The notes: generated from the letters alone by a model not told the origin. DNA of 64,000 nt from Raja brachyura (GCA_963514005.1 OY740789.1:49476001-49540000), one strand, 5' to 3'; positions 50,041 through 63,090 are shown, counted from the first letter of the stretch. Numbers and translations are program-made.

Positions 50041-50756
50041 GAGATCGTGTAGGCCAGATGCTGCCTGACCTGCTGAGTTAGCCCATCATCGAGGAAGTGG
50101 AGCTGATTGCCAGAACCACCTTTCCCTTCCACCTTTCCACACTGTGTGGTGGTCAGATAATTATCCCAAGTTGTATGTTCACCAGTTCATTTTGCCGACA
50201 CCTGCTAGTCTGCTGGGCATCTGAACATAGACCAGGACAACTCAGGAACGGGCCCTTCGGCCCACAATGTTTGTGCCAATCACAGTTAAACTGATCTCAT
50301 CTGCCTGTACATCATCCATATCCCTCCATTCCCTGCACATCCATGTTCCTATCTAAAAGCCTCTTAAACGCCACTATCGCAACTGCCTCCATCACCACCC
50401 CTGGCAATGCTTTCCAGGCCCCCACCACTCTCTGTGGAAAAACCAGCCTCGCACATCTCCATTAAACTTTGCACACCTCACCTGATAACTCACCTTCTTC
50501 TGAAGAAGGGTTTTGACCCGAAAAGTTGCCTTCGCTCCATAGACGCAGCCTCACCCACTGAGTTTCTCCAGCATTTTTGTCTACCTTGTTCACCTTATAA
50601 CTATGCCCTCTAGTGGTGGACATTTCCACCCTGGTAAAAAGGTTCTGACTGTCAAACCTATCTATGCCTCAATTTTGAAATAATGCCTGCATTTTGTGAA
50701 TATTCCTCTTTCTTAAAATTAACAAGAAGAATTAATTAATTAATTGATTAATTAAT

Positions 50757-51000
50757 GGGTCAGCACAGTAGCACAGTGGTAGAGTTGTTGCCTTTTAGTG
50801 CCAGAATCCTGGTTTTGATACTGACTATGGGTGCTGTCTCTCCCTGTGATGGCATGGGATCTCTGGGTGCCCCGGTCTCCTCCCACACTCCAAAGATGTA
50901 CAGGTTTGTAGGTTAATTGACTTTGGTAAAATTAAAATTGTCCCTAGTGTGTAGGACTCGATGGGTCGAAAGGCCTGTTTCTGAACTGTATCTCAAGTCT
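50757..51000 (+). mobile_element. V-SINE
   Basis: Diverged copy with head and tail. Confidence 0.8.
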
Positions 51001-51650
51001 ATAGACTAACTGATTGATTCATTGAAGTTGGAGGAAGAGTACCGACCCGATACATCACCTATCCATGAGCTCCAGAGATGTTGCCTGACCCGTTGAGTTT
51101 CTCCAACACTTGATGTCCTCTTTCTTCAGGTCTGCTTTTCCTTCTGTGCTACAGATGTGGCATATCATCCCCCAACTGAAGAGAGGTGACCAAAAATACA
51201 TCGTCATCAATTTGCAAACTTTCCTTATGCTACCCAAAGCATCCCTCAGCGAACGAGGGTGGAAATTCATGTAATAGGCTCTGGAAATATGTGAGAATAT
51301 CACCGAGATTAAAGGGCCTTAGAGGATGATTGACTACAGACATCCTAAAACACAGCAGGACCTTTCTGTGCCATCCAAACCACTCCTCCAATAAACAAAG
51401 TCACAAAGTGCAGACTGGAGAAGGGTGTTGACCCAAACGTCACCTATCCATGTTATCCAGAGATGCTGCCTGACACGCTGAGTTACTGCAGCACTTTGTG
51501 TCTTTGTTTTGTAAGCCAGCATCTGCAGTTATTTGTTTCTACTTACAACAAACCCCCTCACTTCCCAAGGGCCCAAACCCAAATCTCTTGCCGCTACCAA
51601 ATTTAGGAAACCTTCTTTACTGGTAGGAAGGATGGGAACAGAATGGTAAT

Positions 51651-51976
51651 AGGGCGGCAGGGTGGTGTGGGGTAGAGTTGCTGCCTTGCAGTGCCATAGA
51701 CCCCAATTCAATCCTGACTGCGGGTGCTGTCTGAACAGAATTTGTACGTTCTCCCCATGAACTGTGTGGGGTTTTTTCTGGGTGCACCGGTTCCCTCGTA
51801 CAAGACGTACAGTTTTGTAGGTTAATTGGCTTTGTATAATTGTAAATTGTCCCTCGTGTGTAGGATAGTGTCAGTGTGTGGGGATCGCTGGTCAGCGTGG
51901 ACTTGGTGGGCCAAAGGGCCTGTTTTCACACTGTACCTCTAAACTAAATAAAATCTCTAAACTAAACTAAACTAAA
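51651..51976 (+). mobile_element. V-SINE
   Basis: Full length with (ctaaa)n tail. Confidence 0.85.
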
Positions 51977-52699
51977 GGACGTTTTAGAGAATCAGATCAC
52001 TAATAACTTGCAAAAATCTCCAACCATTAAAGTGCTAAGAGCTGTTGTCAATGCTATTGAACATAAATTCTCAGTGGGACTCCACTTCCCCAATAACTCA
52101 TTTCCCAACACATATTTGAAATGAAACAAGGTATCAAGATTTTTACTAAAGTGGGTTAAGGGAGAGGATTGGGAATATGGAAGGTGGGGGTGGGGACGGT
52201 GAGACGAATGGGGAGATGACACTAAGCAACAAAGGCAATTATCTAAAAGAAAGACAGAATTCACGAGAAGAAAGGGTGGCAAAAAGGCTGCAAAAGTAGG
52301 TGAGAAAGGATTAAATCATTAATGAAAAGGTCAGGTCTATTCTCGATTTAATGTGCTTATAACAATCTTTATGGAGTTATCACATTGCCACTCGTGCTGG
52401 GTGTGAAAAGGTTTTAGTGGATCGAGTTACTGTTGCAATATGAAAAGCCACAACTTTAAAATGTTGTGAAAGTTAACCCATGCTTAAAACTAAACAAACC
52501 ATTCGGTCTGAATAAGGGTCTTGACCTGAAACGTCACCTATTCCTTTTCTCCAGAGATGATGCCTGACGCGCTAAGTTACTCCAGCTTTTTTTGTACATC
52601 TTCGATGCAACCAGTATCTGCAGTTTCTTCCTACACATCCGTAATGTAGGTTCAATACAGTAGTTGAAAAGTTATAGAAGGTTACTGCTCTAATTTATT

Positions 52700-53022
52700 T
52701 AGCTTTGGTTTTAGATTCAGCATGGAAACAAGCCTTGCGGCCCACTGAGCCCACGCCCACCATTGATCACCCATTCACACTAGGTCTACAGTATATTACC
52801 CCACTTCCCCTACACACTAGGGGCAATGTAGAGAGCCCATTTGACCTACAAAGACCTGCTCGCACATCTTTGTATATGGGAGGAAATCGGAGCACCCGGA
52901 GGAAAACCACACGTTCATAGGGAGAACGTGCAAACTCCACACAGACAACAACCGAGGTCAGGATGGAATCTGGGTCTCTGGCGCTGTGAGGCAACAGCTT
53001 TCCCAGCTGTGCCATTGTGCCC
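52700..53022 (-). mobile_element. V-SINE
   Basis: Full-length reverse copy. Confidence 0.85.
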
Positions 53023-53349
53023 TCCAGGTGTCCATGTGTTGGTGAAGTGGATTTTGTAATCAGCTAATATAAAAACTTTGGTTGCAGTGGTGATTCAGGT
53101 GAACATTCTTGTGCCGGGGCTAGAAGATTGTGTGTTCTTTGGCTCCAGAGAACTCTGCACGTAATTCAGGAAGCTAGTCTGTTGCATTACTTTCCCCCTC
53201 TCACTTTATAGCTATGCCCTCTAGTGTTGGATGTTTCCACCCTGGGTAAAAGGTGCTGGCTCTATCCTATCTATGCCCTAATTTTGAAATACTGCCTGAA
53301 TTTTGAGAATATTCTTCTTTCTTAAAATGAACATCCAAAGATTTAATTG

Positions 53350-53835
53350 GGTTAAACGTATACTGAGCATTTGACGGCTTTGGGCCTATATGCGCTGGAG
53401 TTAAGAAGGATGAGTGGGGACCTTGTTGAAACGTACTGAATGACAAAAGGCCTGGATAGAATGGATATGGACAGGATGTTTCCATGAGAATCTAGGACTA
53501 CGGGAGCTATCGCAACATATAAGAAACATTTAGACAGGTGCATGGATAGGACCGGTTTAGACAGATATGGGCCAAACGCAGGCAGGTGGGACTAGTGTAG
53601 ATGGGACATGTTGGCCAGTGTAGGCAAGTTGGGCTGAAGGAACTGTTTCCACCCTCTACGATCATGACCACAGGACATATAAACTCAGAATAAAAGGATG
53701 TACCTTTAGAAAAGGGATGAGGAGGAATATCTTTAGCCAGAGGGTGGTGAATCTGTATAATTCATTGCCACAGACGGCTGTGAGGCCAAGTCACTGGATA
53801 TTTTTAAAGTGGAGAATGATAGAACTTTGAATAGT
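53350..53835 (+). mobile_element. CR1 3' fragments (nested)
   Basis: CR1 RT C-terminal and 3' UTR sequence. Confidence 0.8.
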
Positions 53836-53991
53836 AATGGGCCGGTCCCACTTAGGCGATGTTTTAGGCGAGTGCAGGAGACTCTGCATGTTCATTGTCG
53901 CCACACGTTCATTGATGGTCTCTGGTGAGTCTCCTTCATGGGCGCAAGGAGTTCCCACATTCTGGGAACTAGTCGCGGCCTCAGTATGTCG

Positions 53992-54087
53992 AAAAATTGT
54001 TGAAAATGTTTAATGCGACCAAACATTGTTGAAAATGTTTCATGCGACCAAAAATTGTTGAAAATGTTTCTGCAACCAAAAATTGGT
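53992..54087. repeat. 29-bp tandem repeat, about 3.3 copies
   Basis: aaaaattgttgaaaatgtttcatgcgacc. Confidence 0.9.
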
Positions 54088-54356
54088 CACCATGGAGAAA
54101 ATTGATAATCCTGTAGTTGTAGATGCAGTTGGGGTTGCCATATAGTAATGGGTAATCGAGGTAGCTGTAGGTGGTTTTAGTTAATCGCCTCTGCTGACCG
54201 GTCATTTTCATTGGCTCATTGGGGAAAAAAAACTTAAGCAGGAGTTTTCAGAACCAAGGATAACCGAACGGTAATATTAAATGCCTGCCCAACTTCACAG
54301 CTGTGTATCTCTGGCTTATTAAAAGTTGTCTGGATTCTTAAAAGTTGTCGCCACTC

Positions 54357-54453
54357 CTTCTCCTCCCCCCTCCTCCCCCCCTCCTCCCCCCCTCCTCCCC
54401 CCCTTCTCCCCCCCTCCTCCCCCCCATCTCTCCCACCTCTCCCCCCCCTCCCC
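54357..54453. repeat. C-rich (cctccccc)n tract, G-quadruplex potential on minus strand
   Basis: Many runs of 5-7 C. Confidence 0.85.
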
Positions 54454-54709
54454 TTTTTTAAAGAACTTACATACACTGTGCTAGCCGTCTTAATTACAAC
54501 GCCAACCTTCCTGTTCATTGCGGTGTGTGTCTGTATCACCTTGGCTTTGTACCCTGTGAACTTCAGACAGCACTCCCCCGCTTGCCCTTGCCCCGCCTTT
54601 GCGATGTGTTTGTGCGTGTGTGTGGGTGTGTGTTTGTGTGTGTGTTCCACTCTGACAGTCGCCGTTCCAGTTGCCGGTTTTTCAGGCAACTGCCGGCAAC
54701 TTGGGCCGA

Positions 54710-54856
54710 ATTTGGAGTGTGGGAGGAGACTGGAGCACCCACTTGGTCACAGGGAGAATGTACAAACTCTGTATAGGCAGCACTCGTAGTCAGCATCGAA
54801 CTTGGGTATCTGACGCTGTAAGACAGCAACTCTAAGGCTGCGCCACCGTGCTGCCC
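54710..54856 (-). mobile_element. V-SINE 5' part
   Basis: Head and V-domain. Confidence 0.8.
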
Positions 54857-54881
54857 GAGACATAAAAGATTGAATGGAACT

Positions 54882-55040
54882 CTGAAGCCAAGCAGGGGAT
54901 CTCTCTTCTACTGGCCAATAATTTCCTACACCATAGGGACAGATTATCTGGTTATTTTCATGTTGCTTTCATGGTATCTCGCTGTCTATAAATTGCCGGC
55001 TGAATGGTGTGGGGCTGTGAAAAGCATTCTATAAACTCTT
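54882..55040 (+). mobile_element. Ancient DeuSINE (SacSINE1-like) relic
   Basis: agcagggga...ctggccaata...acagattatctggttatt...ttgct...gctgt...aaattg...gtgaaaagcattctataaa; recognised from memory of the Deu domain and tail. Confidence 0.6.
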
Positions 55041-55775
55041 GGATTTATATTGGTTTTTTGCATCAGCTGCCAAAATTACTAAAATGATTGGAGATTTCTA
55101 TTACACAGACACAACACAGCCCTGCTTCCAGATCGGAACAAAAAATGCCAAGTTAAACTGATCTCATCTGCCTGTACATACATGATCCGTATCCCTCTAT
55201 TCCCTGTGTTTCATTGTGCCTATCAAAAGAACTCTTAAATGCCGCTATCATACCGGCCTCCACCACCACCCATGGCAATGCATTCCAGGCCCCCACCACC
55301 TTTTCTCCAGAGATGCTGCCCGACCCGCTGAGTTACTCCAGCTTTTTGTGTCTCTGCCCTGAAAGCGGAATTAGTCCTCCACTAGTCATTGCAAATGAGA
55401 TGGCTTCCTGCATCCTACTTGTAACATTGGTTTTGTCTGTTTAATAATGGTAACTCTTCGCATCAATGAACAAGGTCTCAGCTGCAGGGAATCCTCACGT
55501 CAGCTGCAGCCTGAGCTTTTGTGTTTATTTCAGAGACAGCCCACGGTACATTGATTGTATTGATTCAACTCTTTTCATCTGTACCAATGCTAAATTACTG
55601 TCTGTGTGAAAATAATTCCCAAATCCACCAACACAAAAGTCTATAGAAGTGTGGTTGCACTTGACAGATAATAAACACTCCACAGAGTTGATGCAATTAA
55701 ATTGAGAGGGATTCGACCGAAGGAGATATTAACAGATTTTCCCTCAATAGCTCAAACCAAAATGAAAAACTGAAA

Positions 55776-56270
55776 AACGGAGTGCAGCGTAGGTTTACAA
55801 GGTTAATTCCCAGTATGGCGGGACTGTCATATACTGAGAGAATGGAGCGGCTGGGCTTGTATATTCTGGAATTTAGAAGGATGAGAGGGGATCTTAAAGA
55901 AACATATATGATTATTAAGGGTTTGAACACACTAGAGGTAGGAAACATGTACCCGATGTTGGGGGAGTCCAGAACCAGAGGTCACACTTTAAGAATAAGG
56001 GGTTAGCCATTTAGAATGTAGACGAGGAAATACTTGTTCTCACAGAGAGTTGTGAGTCTGTGGATTTCTCTGCCTCAGAGGGCGGTGGAGGCAGGTTCTC
56101 TGGATAGTTTCAAAGAGAGCTAGATAGGACTCTTAAAGATAGTGGAGTCAGGGGATTTGTGGAGAAGTCAGGAACGGGGTACTGATTGGGGATGATCAAC
56201 CATGATCACATTGAATGGCGGTGCTGGCTCGAAGGGCCGAATGGCCTACTCCTGCATCTATTGTCTATTG
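55776..56270 (+). mobile_element. CR1 LINE 3' fragment
   Basis: VQRRFTRLIPSMAGLSYTERMERLGLYILEFRRMRGDLKETY...ESRTRGH. Confidence 0.92.
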
Positions 56271-57879
56271 AAATATTACTTAATGCTCATAGGTTCTAGG
56301 AGCAGAATTAGGCCATTTGGCCCATCAAGTCTATTCCACAATTCAATCATGGCTGACCTATCTTTTCCCTCTCAACCCCATTCTCCTGCCTTCGCCCCAT
56401 AACCCCCGACACCCTTACTAATCTGTCAATCCCCACTTTAAAAATATCCATTCACTCGACCTCCACAGCCCACCTTGCCAAAGATGCCCACATCGCAAAG
56501 AAAACAAACAAATAAATACAAAATGTGATCCCACCTTCCTGTCATTCTTTTTTTTAAAGAAAGGGTTCACTATCGATTTTCAAGCAACTGGTCTGGCCCT
56601 CCTTTAATACAGACAGAATTACGAGAACACACATGAAATTCCCCCCCCCCCCGATGTCCCTCTGAAAATGTGGCACCTAGGCCAGGTGAGGCGGCCAATC
56701 TTGACCTCATCACGGCTGGATTTCCTATGAGTGGGTCGAATTAGTCCCCTGCCGTCGGGGCTCTGGAACCCATTTCAATTTAATTTTAGAAGTGGAAACT
56801 TGATTGGCTCGTTGAGTTTGATACTTGTCTACAATACCCTGTTATCGCTGAAAAACATGAACACATTGTTTGTGTTGAGGCCTTTAAGTAGGTCTGGAGT
56901 TGCTGTCACATTAATATCTTTGAGCAGCATTTTTATGAAGGGACCCCATGATCCTCTAAAGGGCAATGGGATATGGGCATAACAGCCCACCTTGCTAAAG
57001 ATGCCCACATCGCAAAAAAACCCAAAACAAATAAATACAAAATATGATCCCACCTTCCTGTTATTCTTTTTTTTAAAGAAAGGGTTGTGGCTTTCCATCC
57101 AAATGTGTCAAATTAAAATTTGCGGCAAAGATAGACACCGTCCTGGAGTAACTCAACAGATCAGGCAGCATCTCTAGAGAACATGGATAGGTGAAGTATC
57201 AGATCAGGACCCATTTTCAGACTGGATAATGCTGCCTGACCCGGTGAGTTTGCAGTTCATTGTTTCGATAAAAATGGTAAAATCTGTCTATATGGGATCC
57301 CAACCCAAAATATCACCTATCGATGTTCTTCAGCGATTTTGCCTGACCTGCTGAATTACTCCAGCACTTTGTGTCTCCTAAACCAGCATCTGCAGTTCCT
57401 TGTTTTTACATTTTGTATTTATTACCACAGAGAAAAGCTGAAACATGACAAGGGACGTACAGTTAATTCAATTCCGAATTTCTACTTTCTTTTCAAAAGT
57501 AAAACAAGCTGCAATGATGGAAAATGTTGCAGAATGAAGCATAGTTTATTGTCATTTGTACCTAGTTACAGTGAAAAGCTTTTGTTGCATCATAACCCAG
57601 TTATGGGAAGAAGGCAGGAGAATGGGGTTGAGAGGTTAAGATAGATCAGCCATGCTTGAATGGCGGAGTAGACTCTTGGGCCGAATGGACTAATTCAGCT
57701 CCTATAACATGAACTTATACTGCCTGACTCGCTGTTACTCTGACATTCTGTGTCTTTTTAGACCCATGCAGTCACGCGGAAAACATACAGATTCCACGCA
57801 GACAGCACTTGAGGTCACAATCAAACTCGGGTCTCTGGCACTCATGACGTTTTCACTCTCATTTGGGTGGATTCATATT

Positions 57880-58445
57880 AGAGTCGTAGTCATAGAGTCA
57901 TACAGCGTGGAAACAGGCCCTGTGACACAACTTGCTCACGCAGACCAACATGCCCCATCTACATTAGTCCCACCTGCCTGCGTTTGTCCCATATTCCTCT
58001 AAACCTGTCCTGTTCACGTACCTGTCTAAATGTTTCTTAAACGTTACGATAGGACCTGCCTCAACCACCTCCTCCGGCAGCTTGTTCCACACACCCACCA
58101 TCCTTTGTGTGAAAAGGTTACCGCTCAGGTTCCCATTAAATCTTTTCCCCTCTCACCTTAAACCTACAGTGTGTCCTCTAGTTCTCGATTTCCCTACTCC
58201 CCCTGCGCAGGAAACGGTGTGCGTCTACCTGATCTATTCCTCTCATGATTTTGTACACCTCTCATCCTCCACCCAATAAAGTCCTAGCCTGCACCACTGC
58301 TCCCTATAGCTCAGCCTCTACAGCTCAGACAACATCCTGGTAGACCTTCTCTGCGTCCTTTACAGCTTGACATCTTTCCTATGACATGGTGCCCAGAACT
58401 CAACACATAACTCTCATTGTGGCCTTGCCAACGCCTTGTCTAACT
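57880..58445 (-). mobile_element. CR1 LINE 3' fragment
   Basis: Reverse complement of CR1 RT end and UTR; (tagagtca)n tail. Confidence 0.88.
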
Positions 58446-59149
58446 ACAATAATCTCCGAGTCACCTGCCAGTTTTTCCCATGCAATTGGGACTTCCTCGG
58501 AGCCAGCATGCTGAGTTTTCACTCATTCCCCCTTCAACGTCTCACTGCTGACTACCCTTACCGGGCTGAGCTGTACAACTGCCAGTGGTGGCTCAGAGCT
58601 TTGCGCTACCTGCCTGCATTATGGTGCTTTTTCTATTCACGTTGTTTACCATTCCTTGTCATTTTGTTATGACACTTGCAAAAGTTGAAAAAGCATTCAT
58701 GCAAGGAAACAGAAAACATGATTACACATTTATACAGAGGAACTAAACAATTTAAAAATGTAAGGCTGTTAAAATATTAACTGCGTAAAGTACTGCATTA
58801 CCACTAAATGTTTACAACAATGTGATGATTTGCTTATTTAGTGTGTAAACTAAATTTTAAAAAAACATGCAAATATGGGCACGTAAATATGAGAAGCATT
58901 TTCAAATGTGGTCTCACGTTGATATTTGCAATGCTCTGGAATGATTTTCTGGTAAGATATTGCATTTTATTGAAGAGTCATATTCTGTGACATGAAGTGA
59001 AGTGTTTTTGAACGTCATGCTGCATCTAACTGATGTGATATCACAACAGTCGCCTTTCAGGAGACACAGTGAGTGCACAAATGGCATTGGCAGAGTTATC
59101 CATTGTAAACCAAAGTGGTTTTCTAAGTTTTCTTTAAGGATCCTTTAAG

Positions 59150-59462
59150 AACGGCATAGTTACAAAGTGAGAGAAGGGAAGTGGCATAGTTACAAGGTGG
59201 GAGGGGGAAAGTTCAATGGAGATGTGTGCGGGGAAAGTCTTTTACACATAGAGTGGTGGGGGCTGGAATGCACTGCCTGGGCTGGTGGAGGAGGCAGATG
59301 TGATAGTGGTGTTTAAATGGCATTTAAATAAGCACATGGAAGTGCAGGGAATAGAGAGATATAGTATGGATGCTGTACAGGTGGATGAGATCAGTTTAAC
59401 AACATCATGTTCAGCACAAACATTGTGAGCCAGAGGGCCTGTTTCTGTGCTGTATTGTTCTA
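59150..59462 (+). mobile_element. CR1 LINE 3' end
   Basis: ggcatagttacaaggtg...gggcctgtttctgtgctgta. Confidence 0.8.
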
Positions 59463-59569
59463 GTTTAGTTTGATTTAGTGATTTTTTTTTAGTTTAGAGA
59501 TACAGGTCTGAAGTAGGAACCTTTACAAATGCATTAAGTGGTTAGAATACCTTCTTAAAGCTGATTCAT

Positions 59570-59857
59570 TTAGTTCTGTTTGGAGATACAGTGTGGAAAC
59601 AGGACATTCGCCCCACCGAGTCCATGCTGACCAGCGATCTCTCGTACACTAGTTCTATCTATACATAGGGACAGTTTACAGAAGCCAATTAACCTACAAA
59701 CCTGCATTTCTTAATACTGTGGGAGGAAACTGGGGCACCCGGAGAAAACACGGGGAGAAAGTACAAACTTCATACAGACAGCACCTGTACTAAGGATTGA
59801 ACCTTGGTCTCTGGCGCTGTAAGAAAGCAACTCTACCGCTGTGCTACTGTGCCACTC
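59570..59857 (-). mobile_element. V-SINE
   Basis: Full-length reverse copy. Confidence 0.85.
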
Positions 59858-60773
59858 AATGTTCTATGTTACCCCCTGAAATGGTAGTAATCATGTAGTC
59901 TTCCACTGACTACAAACAGGCAACAAAAAAACCTTTCCACTGTACCATGGTACACGTGACAATAAAAACTAAATCAAACCGTAAAGACCGGGTGAATAAC
60001 TGGAAGGAACGTATTTTTCTGTTGAAGCAGCAGAACCTCTCGGCATTGTGTTCTGTTGCTGCCACCTCAGTAAGGAATCTGCATGATTACCATTCATAAC
60101 AAACTAGAGCGTGGACTGGACTCTGAAAATGACACCAAAACATGGCGCCTCTTGCGCGCAGGATCAGTAGACTATTTCTATGTCTGTCCACTTGCTAATC
60201 AGGGATGTGCTTGGGTATGGGAACACTTTACTGGACTGTATGTTAGGAAATAATTTCACTGTGTGTTTGCACTTAGTACAGGTGATAATAAAAGCACCAT
60301 AGAACCATTAACCAGCTGGATGCTAATGGGGCAGCCAATGCTACGAATCAATTGCTAAAGTAGTCTATTTGTTCCATTCCATTCATTGTGTCAAATCCGA
60401 TAACACATTTCAAATCAAGCACCAGTTTGACAGAAAATAATGAACAGGGAAGCAGAACCAATTAATTGCTTCCCATTGGAGTCTGATTGGTTCGAGTAAG
60501 TGTTGCCTGTCAATAAGAACTGCAAAAGACATTTTCCTGAACTTTCTGAATCTGCACATTTCGAAGGGGGGAGGGGGGGCAAAGTTCTATGATGACTTTG
60601 CGGGTGGTTGCCAAATGCCGACCAGCAGCCAGTCATGGAACCAAGGAGCTCGCTGGAGTGGGTATGAGGTTCGCCTCCCACTCGCCCCCGACGACCAGCA
60701 ACCAGTCCATGCATGGGGTACTGAATCGGGGGTTGTCTTTATGTATGGCAATAATCGCACTGATCTATATGCC

Positions 60774-60898
60774 TGAAGAAGGGTCTCGACCAGAGACGTT
60801 GCCTATTTCCTTTGCTCCATAGATGCTGCCTCACCCACAGAGTGTCTCCAGCATTTTGTCTACCTTTGATTTTCCAGCATCTGCACTTCCTTCTTAAA
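60774..60898 (+). mobile_element. Monomeric mini-Penelope unit with 9-bp TSD
   Basis: TSD ctatatgcc at 60765-60773 and 60899-60907; begins at the hammerhead core ctgaagaagggtctcgacc. Confidence 0.85.
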
Positions 60899-60954
60899 CT
60901 ATATGCCAAAAATGTATTTCACTGCATGACAATAAAAGAACCATGGAACCATTG

Positions 60955-61310
60955 AGATAGAGTCATACATCATCCAAACAGGCCCTTTGGCCCAACGTGC
61001 CCATGCTGACCAACATATCTCATCCACACTAGTCCCACCCGACTGCGTTTGGCTCATATCCCTCTAAACCTGTCCTATCCAAGTCCCTGTCTAAATGTTT
61101 CATAAACGTTGCGATAGTACCTTCCTCAACTACCTCCTCCGGCAGCTAATTTCTTGCACCCACCACCCTTTGTGTGAAAATGTTACCCCTCAGAATCCTT
61201 TTAAATCTTCCCCCACTCACCTTAAACCTATGTCCTCTGGTTCTCGTGTCCCCAACTCTGGGCAAGATGCTCTGTGTGTTTATGCGATCTATTCCTCTCA
61301 TGATATTGAA
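60955..61310 (-). mobile_element. CR1 LINE 3' end
   Basis: Reverse complement of CR1 3' region. Confidence 0.85.
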
Positions 61311-62319
61311 CATATTGATGCTTTAATCCTTTAATGATCATTGAACAGCTTCTTACCTGACCACGGAAAGCGTTAAGATTGACATAATAAGCTGGAGTAG
61401 AGCAGTTCAGGCAGCATCTCTGGAGAAAAAGAATACGTGGCATTTTAGATTGAGACCCTTCTTCAGACAGAGAGTCATGGGAGAGGGAAGCAAGAAAACT
61501 TGTTGGAGAGAGGAGGAGAACTTCTTCAATGTAGGCATATCTTGAGGACATTTCGTAGAGGAGCAGAGAAAATGTGCAGGAAGGAATTGCAGATACAGGT
61601 TTAAACCGAAAATAGACATAAAAAGCTGGAGTAAATTAGCGGGTCAGGCAACATCTCTGGAGAAAAGGAATTGGTGACCTTTCGGCTCAAGACCCTTCTT
61701 CAGACAGAGTCAGGAGAAAGGGTAACAAGAGAACTCTCGTTGAGGAGAGGAGGATAATTTCTTCAAAGTAGAGCGACCTGAATGTTACAATTAGCTGCAG
61801 AGTAAGGAACTAAATTGGGAATATCAAGTGTTTCCCTAATTTAGCCAGGAAGGTGAGTATTGAGGAATCTCACAAGTTGTGGTGAATAAGCTGTGCATGA
61901 AAGAGATTTGCTTTAAATCACAACACGGTTCGCTGAAACATAAAATGCATGAGTAAGACTTTTAACTGCAGCTCTGGCTTGTGGGCTTAATAGGTTTTGA
62001 CATTGCAACTTCTATAAACAGCCACTTTACTGTCAAAGGGGAAATAAATATTAGCAGTTGGCCCAACTGACATTTGATGCATGTAAAACACTGGCACGCA
62101 ATAGACACAGCAGACTTGGAGATATTAAACATGACAAATTGCTGCTCGTACAGCTGGAAGATTTGCGACTGGGGACGAATGTGTATGAGCTCGGCAACAA
62201 TAAGGTTTAATACATCAAACTAAACCAAGATTAATATGTTGTGGATACAAGCGACTGCAGTAGCTGGAATTGTGGGCATAAAAAGCAAACTCCTGGAGGA
62301 CCATTGAATTATTTAATTT

Positions 62320-62745
62320 TAGATAACCTCAACCCCTCCTCCTTTCTACCCCACTTCCCCCTTTTTCTTACCCCCTCCTCCCCTGTGCTCCTCCTAGACT
62401 TCCACCTATTTCGCCCCTTCCACCCCCTCCCTGCTACTTTCTTCCTTCTAGCTTTGCAATCCGCAACTCCAAACCTATCTCACACTTTCTGCTCTTACCA
62501 CTGGCATTTGCTCCAAACATCTGCCTATCAACCCCCCACCCCTCGCCAATGTCCACCTATATTACCTGGCATGATTTGTCCTGCCTCTTTCCTCTTCCAG
62601 CTTGCTTCAACCCCACCCTTTGCAAAATCACTCAAAACATCACCAATCCATGTTCTCCAGAGGTGCTGCCTGAGCCACTGAGCTACTCCAGCTCTTCGTG
62701 TTATTTTGTTAATTAACCTGCATCTGCTCTTCCTCATTTCTACAA
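62320..62745 (+). mobile_element. Penelope-like 3' UTR fragment
   Basis: Pyrimidine-rich UTR as at 12820-13020 and 33125-33400, ending in the terminal unit. Confidence 0.7.
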
Positions 62746-63090
62746 CTGGAGGAACTCAGCAGGTCAGGCACCATCTGCTTCGGAAAACACAAAGTGCTGG
62801 AGTAACTCAGTGGGGCAGGCAACATCTCTGGAGGACGTTTCAGGTTTGAACCCTTAATTAGACTGATATGACCGAGAAGCATGGCAGATGCATTTATTAT
62901 TGTACTTGAAACATGAATGTGGTAAAAAATTAGCTTGAAATTCCATCAAAATATTCAATTTAATATCATGATATTATCATTATGATTAATGGAAGTGCAT
63001 GCTGTCACTAAGATGGCTCTGATGTTCACAAGGAATTGCCTCACAGTTCTAGTTACGTTCAGAATTCCCCATAAAATAATACTGGACAAA

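Larger units (their letters stand above)
53838..54705. mobile_element. Harbinger-type non-autonomous element, right end not found
   Basis: taa followed by tgggccggtcccact, similar to the TIRs at 45513 and 47370; contains a 29-bp tandem repeat and a C-rich tract. Confidence 0.6.

Noticed and set aside
51155-51274. Plus-strand exon candidate after ttttccttctgtgctacag
   Set aside because: Unrecognised short peptide, weak donor and no partner exons
53992-54087. 29-bp repeats of CRISPR-repeat length
   Set aside because: Head-to-tail with no spacers
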